Assembly: GCA_025964675.1 (NCBI GenBank)
Contig: JAOPYI010000193.1
Span: 53,029-117,028, forward strand
DNA: 64,000 nt
From: Sphaerisporangium sp.
GTDB taxonomy: Bacteria; Actinomycetota; Actinomycetes; Streptosporangiales; Streptosporangiaceae
Reading direction: 5' to 3'
Shown: in pieces, positions 43,908-53,179 of the stretch
Layout of the letters: every line of letters starts with the position of its first letter
How positions within the stretch are numbered: position 1 is the first letter of the stretch
The notes under the pieces: generated by a model
Told to the model about the DNA's origin: nothing
The model's database searches: none
The model's input: only the letters and a program-made list of their open reading frames with translations
Made by a program: the position numbers and the translations under genes

Positions 43908-44210
43908 ATGCTGCTGATCCCCTGTCCGTGGTGCGGGCCGCGCGACGAGGCCGAGTTCCGGTACGGCGGGCAGGCCCACGTCGCGTACCCAGGCGACCCG
44001 GGCGCCCTCACCGACGAGGAGTGGGCGCACTACCTCTTCTTCCGCGACAACCCCAAGGGCCCGTTCGAGGAACGGTGGAACCACACCTCCGGCTGCCGCC
44101 GCTGGTTCAACCTCACCCGGGACACGGCCACCAACGAGATATGGCCCACCACCTCGGCCGGGGCCCGGCCAGGGACCGGGACCGTGGCGACCGGCGGGGG
44201 TTCGCGATGA
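43908..44210 (+). CDS. soxD: Sarcosine oxidase delta subunit
   Basis: MLLIPCPWCGPRDEAEF...W.HTSGCRRWFN. Confidence 0.96.
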   Translation: MLLIPCPWCGPRDEAEFRYGGQAHVAYPGDPGALTDEEWAHYLFFRDNPKGPFEERWNHTSGCRRWFNLTRDTATNEIWPTTSAGARPGTGTVATGGGSR

Positions 44211-46900
44211 CGGGCCGCCGTGCCGGGTACGCGGGCGAGGTGCTGCGGTTCACCTTCGACGGCCGGGCCTATGAGGGATACCGAGGCGACACGCTGGCCG
44301 CCGCCCTGCTTGCCAACGGCGTGCGGCGGGTCGGGACCAGCGTCACGCTCGGCCGCCCGCGCGGGGTCTTCGGCGCGTGGACCGAGGAGCCGAACGCCGT
44401 CGTCCAGATCGAGCGGCCCTTCCCCGAGCCCATGGTCCAGGCCACCACGATCCCGCTGTACGAGGGGCTCGTCGCATCCAGCGTCGCAGGCCGGGGAAGG
44501 CTGTCGCCGGAGCCCGATCCGGCTCGCTACGACGCCACGCACGCGCACTGCGACGTCCTCGTGGTGGGGGCGGGCCCCGCGGGGCTTTCCGCGGCGCGGG
44601 CCGCCGCGCGTACCGGCGCCAGGGTCATCCTCGCCGACGACCGGCCCTCGCCCGGAGGCGGCCTGCCGGACACCGCGGAGACCGTCGACGGCCGCCCCGG
44701 CGCCGAATGGGCGCTCGCCGTGGCCGCCGAACTGGAAGCCTTGCCTGACGTGCGAGTGCTGTGCCGTACGAGCGTCATCGGGTACTACGACCACAACTAC
44801 CTCGTCGCCGTCGAGCGCCGGGGCGAGGACGCGGTGACACGGGAGCGGGTCTGGCGCATCCGGGCCCGCAGGGTCGTGCTCGCGACGGGGGCGCACGAGC
44901 GGCCGATCGCCTTCGCGGGCAACGACCTTCCCGGGGTGATGCTGGCGTCCGCCGCACGGGCCTACGCGAACCGGTACGGCGTGCTGCCCGGCCGCCGGGC
45001 GGTCGTCTTCACCACGGGCGACAGCGCGTACGACGCCGCCCACGACCTCGCCGAGGCGGGTGTGGAGATCGTGGAGATCGCCGACGCCCGGAAGGGCGGG
45101 CTCGTCACGGGTGTCGCCGGCGGCGCGGAGGACCAGGGTGTGCGCGCGGTCGTGATCGGCTCCCGCGAGGTCGAAGCCGACCTCCTCCTGGTCTCCGGCG
45201 GCTGGAACCCCCTCGTCAACCTGTTCAGCCAGTCCGGAGGCGAACTCCGCTACGACGAGACCCTCACCACGTTCGTTCCCGGACATTCCGCTCAGGCGGT
45301 CGAGGTGGCGGGGGCGGCGCGGGGGGTGTTCACTCTGGCGGGGTGCCTGGCCGACGGCGAGGCCGCCGGGTCCGGCTCGCCACTGCCCGCGCTTCCATCG
45401 GAGGAGACCGGCACCCGTTCACAGGACCTGTGGGTCGTCCCCTCCGACGACTACACGAGCCACTTCGTGGACCTCCAGCGGGACGTCACCGTGGCCGACC
45501 TCCAGCGGGCCACCGGGGCAGGGCTCCGCTCGGTCGAGCACATCAAGCGGTACACCACGGCCGGCACGGCGCACGACCAGGGCAAGACCTCCGGCGTGCT
45601 GACCAGCGCCGTCGTCGCCCGGCTGCTCGGGGTCGGCATCGCCGAGCTCGGCACGACCACGTTCCGGGCGCCGTACGTCCCGGTGTCCTTCGCCGCCCTG
45701 GCGGGACGCGATCGGGGCGCCCTGCACGACCCCGTACGGGTCACCGCGACGCACGACTGGCACGCGTCCCACGGCGCCCTCTTCGAGAACGTCGGACAGT
45801 GGAAAAGAGCCTGGTACTACCCGAGACCGGGGGAGGACATGGAGGCCGCGGTCCTGCGCGAGTGCCGGGCCGTACGGCAGGCCACGGGCGCCATGGACGC
45901 ATCCACCCTGGGAAAGATCGACGTCCAGGGCCCCGACGCGGCCGAGCTGCTCGACCGCCTCTACACCAACATGATGAGCACGCTGAAGGTGGGCGCGATC
46001 CGCTACGGCCTGATGTGCAGGCCCGACGGGATGGTCTTCGACGACGGCACCGTCATCCGCCTGGCACCGGACCGCTTCCTCGTGACCACGACCACGGGCA
46101 ACGCGGCGGCCGTACTCGACTGGATGGAGGAATGGCTCCAGACCGAGTGGCCCGACCTGCGAGCCCGCTGCACCTCGGTCACCGAGCAGTGGGCGACGGT
46201 AGCGATGGCCGGCCCCGGCTCACGTGACGTGCTGGGCGGGCTCGCTCCTGAGCTGGCGGTCGACGTGGAGAGCTTCCCGTTCATGACCTGGCGGGACACT
46301 GAAGTGGCGGGCATTTCGGCACGGGTCTGCCGGATCAGCTTCTCCGGCGAGCTGGCCTACGAGATCAACGTGAGCTGGTGGCACGGGCCCGCGCTGTGGA
46401 AGGCGATCCTGGCGACCGGTGCCGTCACGCCGTACGGAACCGAGACCATGCACGTCCTCCGGGCCGAGAAGGGGTACCCCATCGTCGGCCAGGACACCGA
46501 TGGCACGGTCACCCCCGCGGACCTCGGTATGGACTGGATCGTCTCCAAGAAGAAGGCCGACTTCATCGGCAGACGTTCCTACGCCCGCGCCGACACCGCC
46601 CGGCCCGACCGCCGTCACCTGGTAGGGCTGCTGCCCGAGGACCCGGAGGTGCTGGTCCCCGAGGGCACCCAGCTCGTCGCCTGCGACCGGCTTCCCGAGC
46701 CCCCGGTACCCATGCTGGGCTACGTGACCTCCAGCTACCGCAGCGCGGCGCTGGGCCGCACCTTCGCCCTCGCCCTTGTGAGCGGCGGCAGGGACCGGAT
46801 CGGCCAGCGCCTGTACGCGCCCATCGGCGACGCCCTGCTACCGGTGACGGTCACCCACCACGTCCTCTACGACCCCGAGGGAACCCGCCGCGATGGCTGA
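44207..46900 (+). CDS. soxA: Sarcosine oxidase alpha subunit
   Basis: GDTLAAALLANG, VVGAGPAGL, HIKRYTTAG..DQGKTS, GQWKRAWYYP, LRAEKGY; ATG at 44207 overlaps the soxD stop. Confidence 0.96.
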   Translation: MTGRRAGYAGEVLRFTFDGRAYEGYRGDTLAAALLANGVRRVGTSVTLGRPRGVFGAWTEEPNAVVQIERPFPEPMVQATTIPLYEGLVASSVAGRGRLSPEPDPARYDATHAHCDVLVVGAGPAGLSAARAAARTGARVILADDRPSPGGGLPDTAETVDGRPGAEWALAVAAELEALPDVRVLCRTSVIGYYDHNYLVAVERRGEDAVTRERVWRIRARRVVLATGAHERPIAFAGNDLPGVMLASAARAYANRYGVLPGRRAVVFTTGDSAYDAAHDLAEAGVEIVEIADARKGGLVTGVAGGAEDQGVRAVVIGSREVEADLLLVSGGWNPLVNLFSQSGGELRYDETLTTFVPGHSAQAVEVAGAARGVFTLAGCLADGEAAGSGSPLPALPSEETGTRSQDLWVVPSDDYTSHFVDLQRDVTVADLQRATGAGLRSVEHIKRYTTAGTAHDQGKTSGVLTSAVVARLLGVGIAELGTTTFRAPYVPVSFAALAGRDRGALHDPVRVTATHDWHASHGALFENVGQWKRAWYYPRPGEDMEAAVLRECRAVRQATGAMDASTLGKIDVQGPDAAELLDRLYTNMMSTLKVGAIRYGLMCRPDGMVFDDGTVIRLAPDRFLVTTTTGNAAAVLDWMEEWLQTEWPDLRARCTSVTEQWATVAMAGPGSRDVLGGLAPELAVDVESFPFMTWRDTEVAGISARVCRISFSGELAYEINVSWWHGPALWKAILATGAVTPYGTETMHVLRAEKGYPIVGQDTDGTVTPADLGMDWIVSKKKADFIGRRSYARADTARPDRRHLVGLLPEDPEVLVPEGTQLVACDRLPEPPVPMLGYVTSSYRSAALGRTFALALVSGGRDRIGQRLYAPIGDALLPVTVTHHVLYDPEGTRRDG

Positions 46901-47399
46901 CCGACTGAGCCCGCTGGCCGGGTTCGAGGGCATTTCGGACGCTCGGCTCCGCGTGCGGGAGATCCCGTTCCTGCGGCAGACCAACGTCCGGGTGGATCCC
47001 GGGCGGCTTCCGTCCTCGTTCCCGGTGCGGTTGCCGGTCTCGCCGGGGACGTGGCTGAGCTCCGGCGAGACCGACGTGCTGTGGCTCGGGCCGGACGAAT
47101 GGCTGGTGATCGGAGATGTCGACCTTCCACGCTCCGAGGACGTCGCCGTGACCGATGTCTCGGCGCAGCGTACGACCCTGCTGGTGGCCGGGCCGGGCGC
47201 ACGCGACCTGCTGGCGCACGGATGCGCCATCGACCTGCACCCATCGGTCTTCGGCCCCGGCCGTTGCGCGCAGACCACGCTGGCACGGGCACAGGTCATC
47301 CTGATCGCCCGCGAGCACGACGAACTCTGGGTACTCGTCCGCGCGTCCTTCGCCCGGTACCTCGCAGCCTGGATCACCGACGCGGCGGTCGACTACTGA
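46893..47399 (+). CDS. soxG: Sarcosine oxidase gamma subunit
   Basis: LWLGPDEWLV, DVSAQRT, GC.IDLHP.VF, VRASFARYL. Confidence 0.95.
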   Translation: MADRLSPLAGFEGISDARLRVREIPFLRQTNVRVDPGRLPSSFPVRLPVSPGTWLSSGETDVLWLGPDEWLVIGDVDLPRSEDVAVTDVSAQRTTLLVAGPGARDLLAHGCAIDLHPSVFGPGRCAQTTLARAQVILIAREHDELWVLVRASFARYLAAWITDAAVDY

Positions 47400-48007
47400 C
47401 GGGCTCGTTCACGGCCCTCGGCGAAGAACGCCGAAACGTCGGGAAGCTCGCTGAGGGAGTGAGCGGCGCCGAAGGATGCGTTCCAGAAGTCGCCGGTCCT
47501 CGGTTCCCAGGGCCCGACGTACGCATAGGGCACATCGAGATAACTGTCACCCAGCGAGACGCCGTAGTTGACCTTGTCGAGGGTTATGCCCAGGTCGAAA
47601 TGCTCCGGCCACAGCACCGGTGTCGCATCGGGGGCAAGCCTGCGCAACGCCTCCTCTCCCAGGGCAAGGCTCCCCGCCAGCTGCTCCGCCGCGGCGGCGT
47701 CGACGCTCAGGATGTCGTCCGGCGAGGCGCCGGAACCGCCGGAGTACAGCTTCTCCGGGGCCTCGGCACCCGCGCCCGTCGCCGTGCCAAGCTCCTGGAT
47801 GGATCTTCCGTCCAAGGGGATCCGTTCGCTTCCCACCACCAGCTCGTCCCCCTCTATCCGAAGGTCGGGATCCGCGACCGTGGCGAAGCCTCCCGGCGTG
47901 ACCCGGAGACGTATGGTGCCGCTTCGCCGGTGCTGCGGCCCTGCCATGATCAACTCTGCGACCGCGTGAAGGGATCTCCGCGTGGCCGCCGGCTGGTTTC
48001 CGTTCAT
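47393..48007 (-). CDS. Conserved hypothetical protein
   Basis: TRRSLHAVAE..AGPQ, IRLRVTPGGF, LWPEHFDL, YGVS.GD....PYAYVGPW, FWNASFGA look like a conserved actinobacterial family; no function recognised. Confidence 0.8.
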   Translation of the reverse strand: MNGNQPAATRRSLHAVAELIMAGPQHRRSGTIRLRVTPGGFATVADPDLRIEGDELVVGSERIPLDGRSIQELGTATGAGAEAPEKLYSGGSGASPDDILSVDAAAAEQLAGSLALGEEALRRLAPDATPVLWPEHFDLGITLDKVNYGVSLGDSYLDVPYAYVGPWEPRTGDFWNASFGAAHSLSELPDVSAFFAEGRERARQ

Positions 48008-48072
48008 ACGTACAGAGTGACGCCCCGCGCGTCACGGGGGTACATGGCCACTGTTGGCCAACCTGCTCACTG

Positions 48073-48087
48073 ACTACTCTGAGTGAT
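48073..48087. promoter_or_regulatory. BldD-box-like site
   Basis: ACTACTCTGAGTGAT, one mismatch to nTnACnCWGnGTnAn, in a divergent intergenic region. Confidence 0.35.
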
Positions 48088-48192
48088 TGCCTGATCACGA
48101 AATAGTGATTAGCCTTGACGCATGGCTACCCCCCAAGCCACTGACAGCTCCACCTCTCACCCCAGCACCATGACCGAAGAGGGTGATCGATC

Positions 48193-48477
48193 ATGCCGGT
48201 GACGATCGTGGAGCTCAAGGCGCGGTACGGCAGGCACTGGCTGGTCTCCGACGCGGTGGGAGGCGGGTGGTACGCCGTACGCCGCCATGGTGTCTCCCGT
48301 GACCTCCTCCAGCGCGGCCTGTCGAACGTGCGCTGCGCGGCCACACTCGACGAGCTCGCGGGCCACCTGACAGCCGAAGTCCAGACCGAGAAACGCCTCC
48401 TTCCGGGGTGCGACCCGGTCGGTCGTCCCCGCGGCGACGCCCACACGCCCGAGGCGCGCAGGAACACGAAGGCCTGA
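48193..48477 (+). CDS. Small Trp-containing hypothetical protein, related to the 28873-29097 protein
   Basis: GAGGGTGA RBS-like sequence; ELKARYGRHWLV...GGWYAVRR...AATLDELAGHL. Confidence 0.7.
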   Translation: MPVTIVELKARYGRHWLVSDAVGGGWYAVRRHGVSRDLLQRGLSNVRCAATLDELAGHLTAEVQTEKRLLPGCDPVGRPRGDAHTPEARRNTKA

Positions 48478-48757
48478 CCGTGACGGACCGAACGTCCTTG
48501 TAGACGCGCCGTCCCGGCTGTCCTGTAGAGGACGACGTTTCTCGCTCAGAGCTGCTGATTCTCGGCGCGACGGCTCGTATGGGCCTACTCCATTCTCGTG
48601 CCGGTCTCAGTGGTGGATCGCCGAGTTCTCATCACCCGCCCCGGTTCGGCATTCGTCTTCCAGGCCGCTCACCTGCCAGGCTTGGTCGATTGTGGGAGCC
48701 GTCACGACGTGGCGGGCGTCACAGCGATCGAATGCTCACTAAAGAGATGAGAACGTC

Positions 48758-49354
48758 GTGGAGAAGCGGCGCAAGGTGGCCAACCCGCTGGGGTTGGCAG
48801 TGCTCGCCGAGCTGCTGACCGGGCCGATGCACCCGTACGAGATGGGACGGCGGCTGCAGGAGCACGGCAAGGACCGCAACATCAAGTACAACCGCGGCTC
48901 GCTGTACATGGTGGTGGAGCAGCTGAGGAAGGCCGGTTTCGTCACCGAGCAGGAGACCGTGCGCGACACTCAACGGCCGGAGCGCACCGTCTACGCGGTC
49001 ACCGCCGAAGGCCGGCACGAGGTCTACGACTGGATGCGCGAGCTGGTCGGAAAGCCACGGCACGAGTATCCGCATTTCGGGGTCGGACTGTCGCTGCTGA
49101 GCGTGCTCTCCCCGGCCGAGTCGGTCGAATTGCTCGGCCGGCGCCTTGCGGCGTTGACCGAAGAGACGGATGACATCCGCGCCACCGTACGTACCACCGT
49201 CGAAGGCGGCGTCCCCTGGGTGTTCCTCGTCGAGGAGGAATACCGCCTCGCCCTACTGGACGCGGAGCGCCACTTCGTCACCGAACTCATCGAGTACCTC
49301 AAGCAGCCGGACTACGTCCAGGCATGGCAGGACATCTTCGGAGAAAAGACCTGA
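48758..49354 (+). CDS. PadR-family transcriptional regulator
   Basis: LAVLAELLTGPMHPYEM, GSLYMVVEQL.KAGFV, RPERTVYAVT.EGR. Confidence 0.93.
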   Translation: MEKRRKVANPLGLAVLAELLTGPMHPYEMGRRLQEHGKDRNIKYNRGSLYMVVEQLRKAGFVTEQETVRDTQRPERTVYAVTAEGRHEVYDWMRELVGKPRHEYPHFGVGLSLLSVLSPAESVELLGRRLAALTEETDDIRATVRTTVEGGVPWVFLVEEEYRLALLDAERHFVTELIEYLKQPDYVQAWQDIFGEKT

Positions 49355-49415
49355 CAGCGCTGCCTCCGTGTGGAGCTTTACCGGGAATGGTGAGTGCCGC
49401 GCTTTAAAGATCAGG

Positions 49416-49640
49416 TTAGGTGGTCACTTCCTGGAGCTGATGCGGCATGTTCCAGCCCATGGCGAGTTTCGACGGATGTACGTTCTGTCCGCCGCCGAAG
49501 AACTCGGGCGAGGCCTGCATGCTGGGCCTCGGTAACAGCGGCCAGACGACGGCGAACCTGCTCCGCGACTCTGTGCATTCTTCCGTCCTTCGCAGTGCTG
49601 AGTCGTGGAAGCTCGCCATGCAGTACGCGAGCAGCCTCAT
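49416..49640 (-). CDS. Possible short ORF or gene fragment (74 aa)
   Basis: AGAGGAGAG immediately before the ATG; protein-like sequence (PEFFGGGQNVHPSKLAMGWN); no family recognised. Confidence 0.3.
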   Translation of the reverse strand: MRLLAYCMASFHDSALRRTEECTESRSRFAVVWPLLPRPSMQASPEFFGGGQNVHPSKLAMGWNMPHQLQEVTT

Positions 49641-49700
49641 CTCTCCTCTGAACGCGCGAAGTACTGCTGGCGGCGATCAGACATCGAACTTAAGCTCCCG

Positions 49701-49721
49701 GCGGCCGCGCTGCGCGGCCGC
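49701..49721 (-). terminator. Perfect GC palindrome downstream of the Mak_N_cap gene
   Basis: GCGGCCGCGC-T-GCGCGGCCGC. Confidence 0.4.
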
Positions 49722-49789
49722 GTTCTCGGTTCATTGGATGGGACTCGTCAAACCTGTCAAGAGACCGATCGGTGTCGCGCCCTTCGGGA

Positions 49790-50494
49790 TTACTCGGTTA
49801 CGGGCTCGAACGCGGCGTCGAGAAGGACGGCGAACATGTCACGCGCCTTGGTGCCGTCCGGCAGAAGCCAGCCGGCGGTGATGTGTCCAAGGAACTGTGT
49901 CGCATGAGTAGATGAAGAGCCGCGGTCAGGTTGGAGAACGCGCTGCACTTGGATGGTCAGTTGCCTGGTCCGCAGCCCAGGTGCGTCGGTGACCTGTACG
50001 AGGAGATCGGTGCCGTCTGGCCCGTTGCTCACGGTCGTGGACTTGATCGCTGCGGTACGGCCGGTCTCCGCGAAGTAACTGGTGACTGACGGGTCAGGGG
50101 TGTTGCTCAGGCTCTGGGCTTGCGCCTTGGTCTCGCCGAGGATGAGAGCGAAGAGCTGTCCGACAACAAGCGGGTCGTGGGTTCCGTCGTAGATCCACCG
50201 TCGTCCCAGCACTCCGTGCTCAGCGGTGCCGACGAGCGCGTGACCGGCTCCATCCAGCGGTGCCCCACGGTAGCTGAGCAGTACGTGGTAGGTGATCAGC
50301 TGGTCGCCGGACCCGTCGGTGACCACGATGAACTCGATCCCGACCTCGCCTTTCGGGTCGTCGAGCCGGAAACCGCCAACCTTGGTCAGTTCCGGTTCGC
50401 GTCCCTTACCGAGATACCAGGGCTGAGCAGGAAGCCATAGCGTAAGAAGCTCCAGCTTGCTCGGCGTCAGCGTCGTGTGGTGGATGACAGCCAT
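49790..50494 (-). CDS. Stand-alone maltokinase N-terminal cap-like domain protein
   Basis: IHHTTLTPSKLELL..WLPAQPWY, GGFRLDDPKGEVGIEF, EHGVLGRRWIYDG.HDP. Confidence 0.85.
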   Translation of the reverse strand: MAVIHHTTLTPSKLELLTLWLPAQPWYLGKGREPELTKVGGFRLDDPKGEVGIEFIVVTDGSGDQLITYHVLLSYRGAPLDGAGHALVGTAEHGVLGRRWIYDGTHDPLVVGQLFALILGETKAQAQSLSNTPDPSVTSYFAETGRTAAIKSTTVSNGPDGTDLLVQVTDAPGLRTRQLTIQVQRVLQPDRGSSSTHATQFLGHITAGWLLPDGTKARDMFAVLLDAAFEPVTE

Positions 50495-50643
50495 GTCTCG
50501 ACTTTCTGCATTGGGGCCGCGTACCTTGCCACCCTCTCATCAGCGTGCCATCCGGTGGAGGGGGCCGATCGCTCTCACCCCGTGGCAAGGCCTGGCCCAC
50601 GTCCGGGTGCGGGCCGGCGCCATCGTCTCAACCTGCGGATCCG

Positions 50644-52818
50644 TCAGGTTTCGTCCTTGCTGTTACGGATCCGGCGGAGGCGTTCCGCGTCTTCGAGGGC
50701 GTTTCTGGTCAAGGTCTGTTCAGGCCCAAGCACCCGTTCGAACCGCTCGGCCACCAGCTCGAACTGGGCGAGCGCTTCAGCGGTCAGCCCCGCCGTCTCA
50801 TAGGCGCGGGCCAGCCCGTGCTGCGTGATCAGCGTGTCGGGATGGTCGGCGCCCAACACCCGTTCCTGATCGGATAGCACTCGTCCGTACAGCCGCACCG
50901 CCTCGTCGGCCCGCATCGCCGCTACGTACGCCCAGGCCAGGCGTCCGCGGATGACCAGCGTCTCGGGATGGTCGGTGCCGTGGAGCCGCTTGTGATCGGC
51001 CACCAGCCCTTGGAACAGGTCGACCGCCTTGTGGGGCAGGCCCGCCTCCACATGGGCATAGGCCTGGAAGTAGCGCGTGGCCAGCCGGGTGGGGTGGTCG
51101 AGGTTCAGTACCCGTTCCTGATCGGCTGTGACCTGCTCCAGCAGCTCCATAGCCTCGAGCGCCCTGCCCGCCATGGTGCACGCCGACGCCAGACCTGCGC
51201 GGGAGCGCAGGGTGTCGGCGTGATCGACACCCAGTACCCGGGCGCGCTGGGCTGCCGTACGTTGGTGCAGTTCGATGGCCTTGGTGGGCTGGCCGGCGTA
51301 CTCATTAGCTTGAGCCAGGGCGTGCAGAGCTTCGAGCGTGTCCGGGTGGTCGGCCCCCAGGAGCTTCTCCCGCCCGTCGACGACGGCTTCGGCGATCGGG
51401 ACGGCCCGGGCGCCGTCGTTGAGATAGATGAGGTGAGAGGCAACAGCGTGGCGGACGCCGAGTATGAGCTCGGCCAGCGCATGGTCCCCGTCGGGAAACC
51501 GCTCGAGGCACCCCCACAGGGCGCTCGCCTGTTCGGACACCGCCATGATGACGGGCAGCATGCGCCAGGTGTCCTCGTCGCCGATGTTCTCGACCAGCAC
51601 CTTGAGACGTCCGGCCGCGTCCCCGATCAGCGTGGTGAGCGTCCCGTCACGCTCCGCCCGATCCCGTATGACCCGGCGCACCAGGCGGTGTACCAGCGCT
51701 GTGGAACCTTCACTGCCGAAAGTCACCAGCGACTTGGACGCCAGTTCGGCCAGCGCCTCATCGATCGACAGCCCGAGCAGGTCGAGGCCCACGCCAGCGG
51801 ATGAGAGCACCGACAGCTCCCCGAGCAGCCGCACCGCCGCCGGATTGGTCTCCCCGGCCGAAAGCGTGATCGCCTGGGCGACCCCGCGCGGGTACGGTTC
51901 GCCTCGCGGGCGGGCCAGCACCACCTCGATCGAGGTGGCGCGCAGCCGCACCAGATACGCCTCGTAGGTAATGGGCGGCGGTCCCACCAGTGCGGCGGCG
52001 GCAATAGACAAGGCCAGCGGCAGGCGGTCCAACTCCTCGGCCAGGAGCCCGGCCGCGTCACCCGGCCCCACGCGCTCGGCGAGATAGGCCAGCGCTTCCT
52101 GAGCGGTGAACCGGTCCACCGGCACCAGCGCGGCGAGCCGCTCGAACGTATGGTCGTTGGTGGTGATCAGCACACGTGTCCGACCGTGGGAGGGCAGCAG
52201 GGGCGCCAGCGTGTCCGGGTCCGTAGCGTTGTCGAATACCACCAGGTACGGCTCGCGTCGCTCCTGCAACCAGGCCTTGACCTTGTTGATCACGACCGTC
52301 GCGTCGTCGGTCTCGCTTCGTATCCCCAGCTCGGTCGCCATCAGGTCGAGCGAGCCATGGAGCTGCTCGATGGTCTCGGCATGCAGCCAGGACACCGGGA
52401 TTCTTTGATCAAGGCAGTGCCTGGCGTAGGCGGCGGCAACGTGGGTCTTGCCCACGCCCCTCGCTCCGGCCAGCGCACACACCGTCGCCGGGCGGCCCGC
52501 GGAGTAGATCTCCTCGACCCGCTTCAGCAGCCCGGCGCGCGGCTGGAAGGCCTTGGCCTCACGTGGCACGTCACCGATCACGCCGGGAACCGGGCGCGGC
52601 GGGTGCTCTTGTGCGAGATCGGCGTTGGTCGCCCCCGTGGTCGGGTCCAGTTGTCCGGCCCAGATGGCCAGCGGCGTGCCGGGCAACAAGACGACCAGTC
52701 CCACGATGATCCCTGTGGTGTCCAGGTTGAGCCCGCGTGCCACGCAGATCCACCAGGCCAGTGCCCCGGCTGCCAAGGGAAGGACCGCGGCCATTGTGAC
52801 CTTCAACCAGCGTGGCAT
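50644..52818 (-). CDS. STAND/NB-ARC NTPase with two N-terminal TM helices and C-terminal TPRs (NLR-like)
   Basis: Two hydrophobic segments in the first ~55 aa, Walker A GARGVGKT, Walker B LVVFDNA, VLITT, LPLALS, VHRLV, six ~42-aa (LG.DHP.TL) repeats. Confidence 0.9.
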   Translation of the reverse strand: MPRWLKVTMAAVLPLAAGALAWWICVARGLNLDTTGIIVGLVVLLPGTPLAIWAGQLDPTTGATNADLAQEHPPRPVPGVIGDVPREAKAFQPRAGLLKRVEEIYSAGRPATVCALAGARGVGKTHVAAAYARHCLDQRIPVSWLHAETIEQLHGSLDLMATELGIRSETDDATVVINKVKAWLQERREPYLVVFDNATDPDTLAPLLPSHGRTRVLITTNDHTFERLAALVPVDRFTAQEALAYLAERVGPGDAAGLLAEELDRLPLALSIAAAALVGPPPITYEAYLVRLRATSIEVVLARPRGEPYPRGVAQAITLSAGETNPAAVRLLGELSVLSSAGVGLDLLGLSIDEALAELASKSLVTFGSEGSTALVHRLVRRVIRDRAERDGTLTTLIGDAAGRLKVLVENIGDEDTWRMLPVIMAVSEQASALWGCLERFPDGDHALAELILGVRHAVASHLIYLNDGARAVPIAEAVVDGREKLLGADHPDTLEALHALAQANEYAGQPTKAIELHQRTAAQRARVLGVDHADTLRSRAGLASACTMAGRALEAMELLEQVTADQERVLNLDHPTRLATRYFQAYAHVEAGLPHKAVDLFQGLVADHKRLHGTDHPETLVIRGRLAWAYVAAMRADEAVRLYGRVLSDQERVLGADHPDTLITQHGLARAYETAGLTAEALAQFELVAERFERVLGPEQTLTRNALEDAERLRRIRNSKDET

Positions 52819-52941
52819 CTTCGCCGTCCCTCCACCGCGCTTGATGAGCCGGTAGCGCCTGCTGCATCCGCAGGGTGTCACATCCGCACGCGACATGTCT
52901 TCCCGCAGCAGGTGGGGGCAGGACCGCCGTACGAATGAAAC

Positions 52942-52965
52942 TGAACCGCCCCAAAGTCCGTGAGG
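52942..52965. mobile_element. Possible isolated IS3-family terminal repeat remnant
   Basis: TGAACCGCCCC..GTCCG resembles IS6110/IS51-type ends as recalled; no transposase nearby. Confidence 0.35.
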
Positions 52966-53179
52966 TTGGTGCTGAACCGACAGATCCTGATCACGGCCGA
53001 CTTGGCGGTAGCTCTCCATCGGTTTGGTTGACATCGCCGAGCTCCGCCCAGGGTGAGCTGCTCCTGCCGACCTTCACTCGTAACGGATGCCTGCGCGTAG
53101 CTGCGTAGTCCTTCCTACAGAGCCCCCGGGCTGCTGCGCCTCCCGGCTCATATGGTCGACTAGCAGGGGGGCTTGCGGG

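Noticed and set aside
43928-44206. N-terminal extension of soxA in the ORF track (and similar extensions of mutY, MFS, RR, radA, dmg and the NLR)
   Set aside because: These overlap neighbouring genes or promoters; downstream starts match the family N-termini.
50700-51480. About 126-bp periodicity considered as a CRISPR or DNA repeat array
   Set aside because: Explained by the protein-level TPR repeats; no identical DNA repeats with unique spacers.
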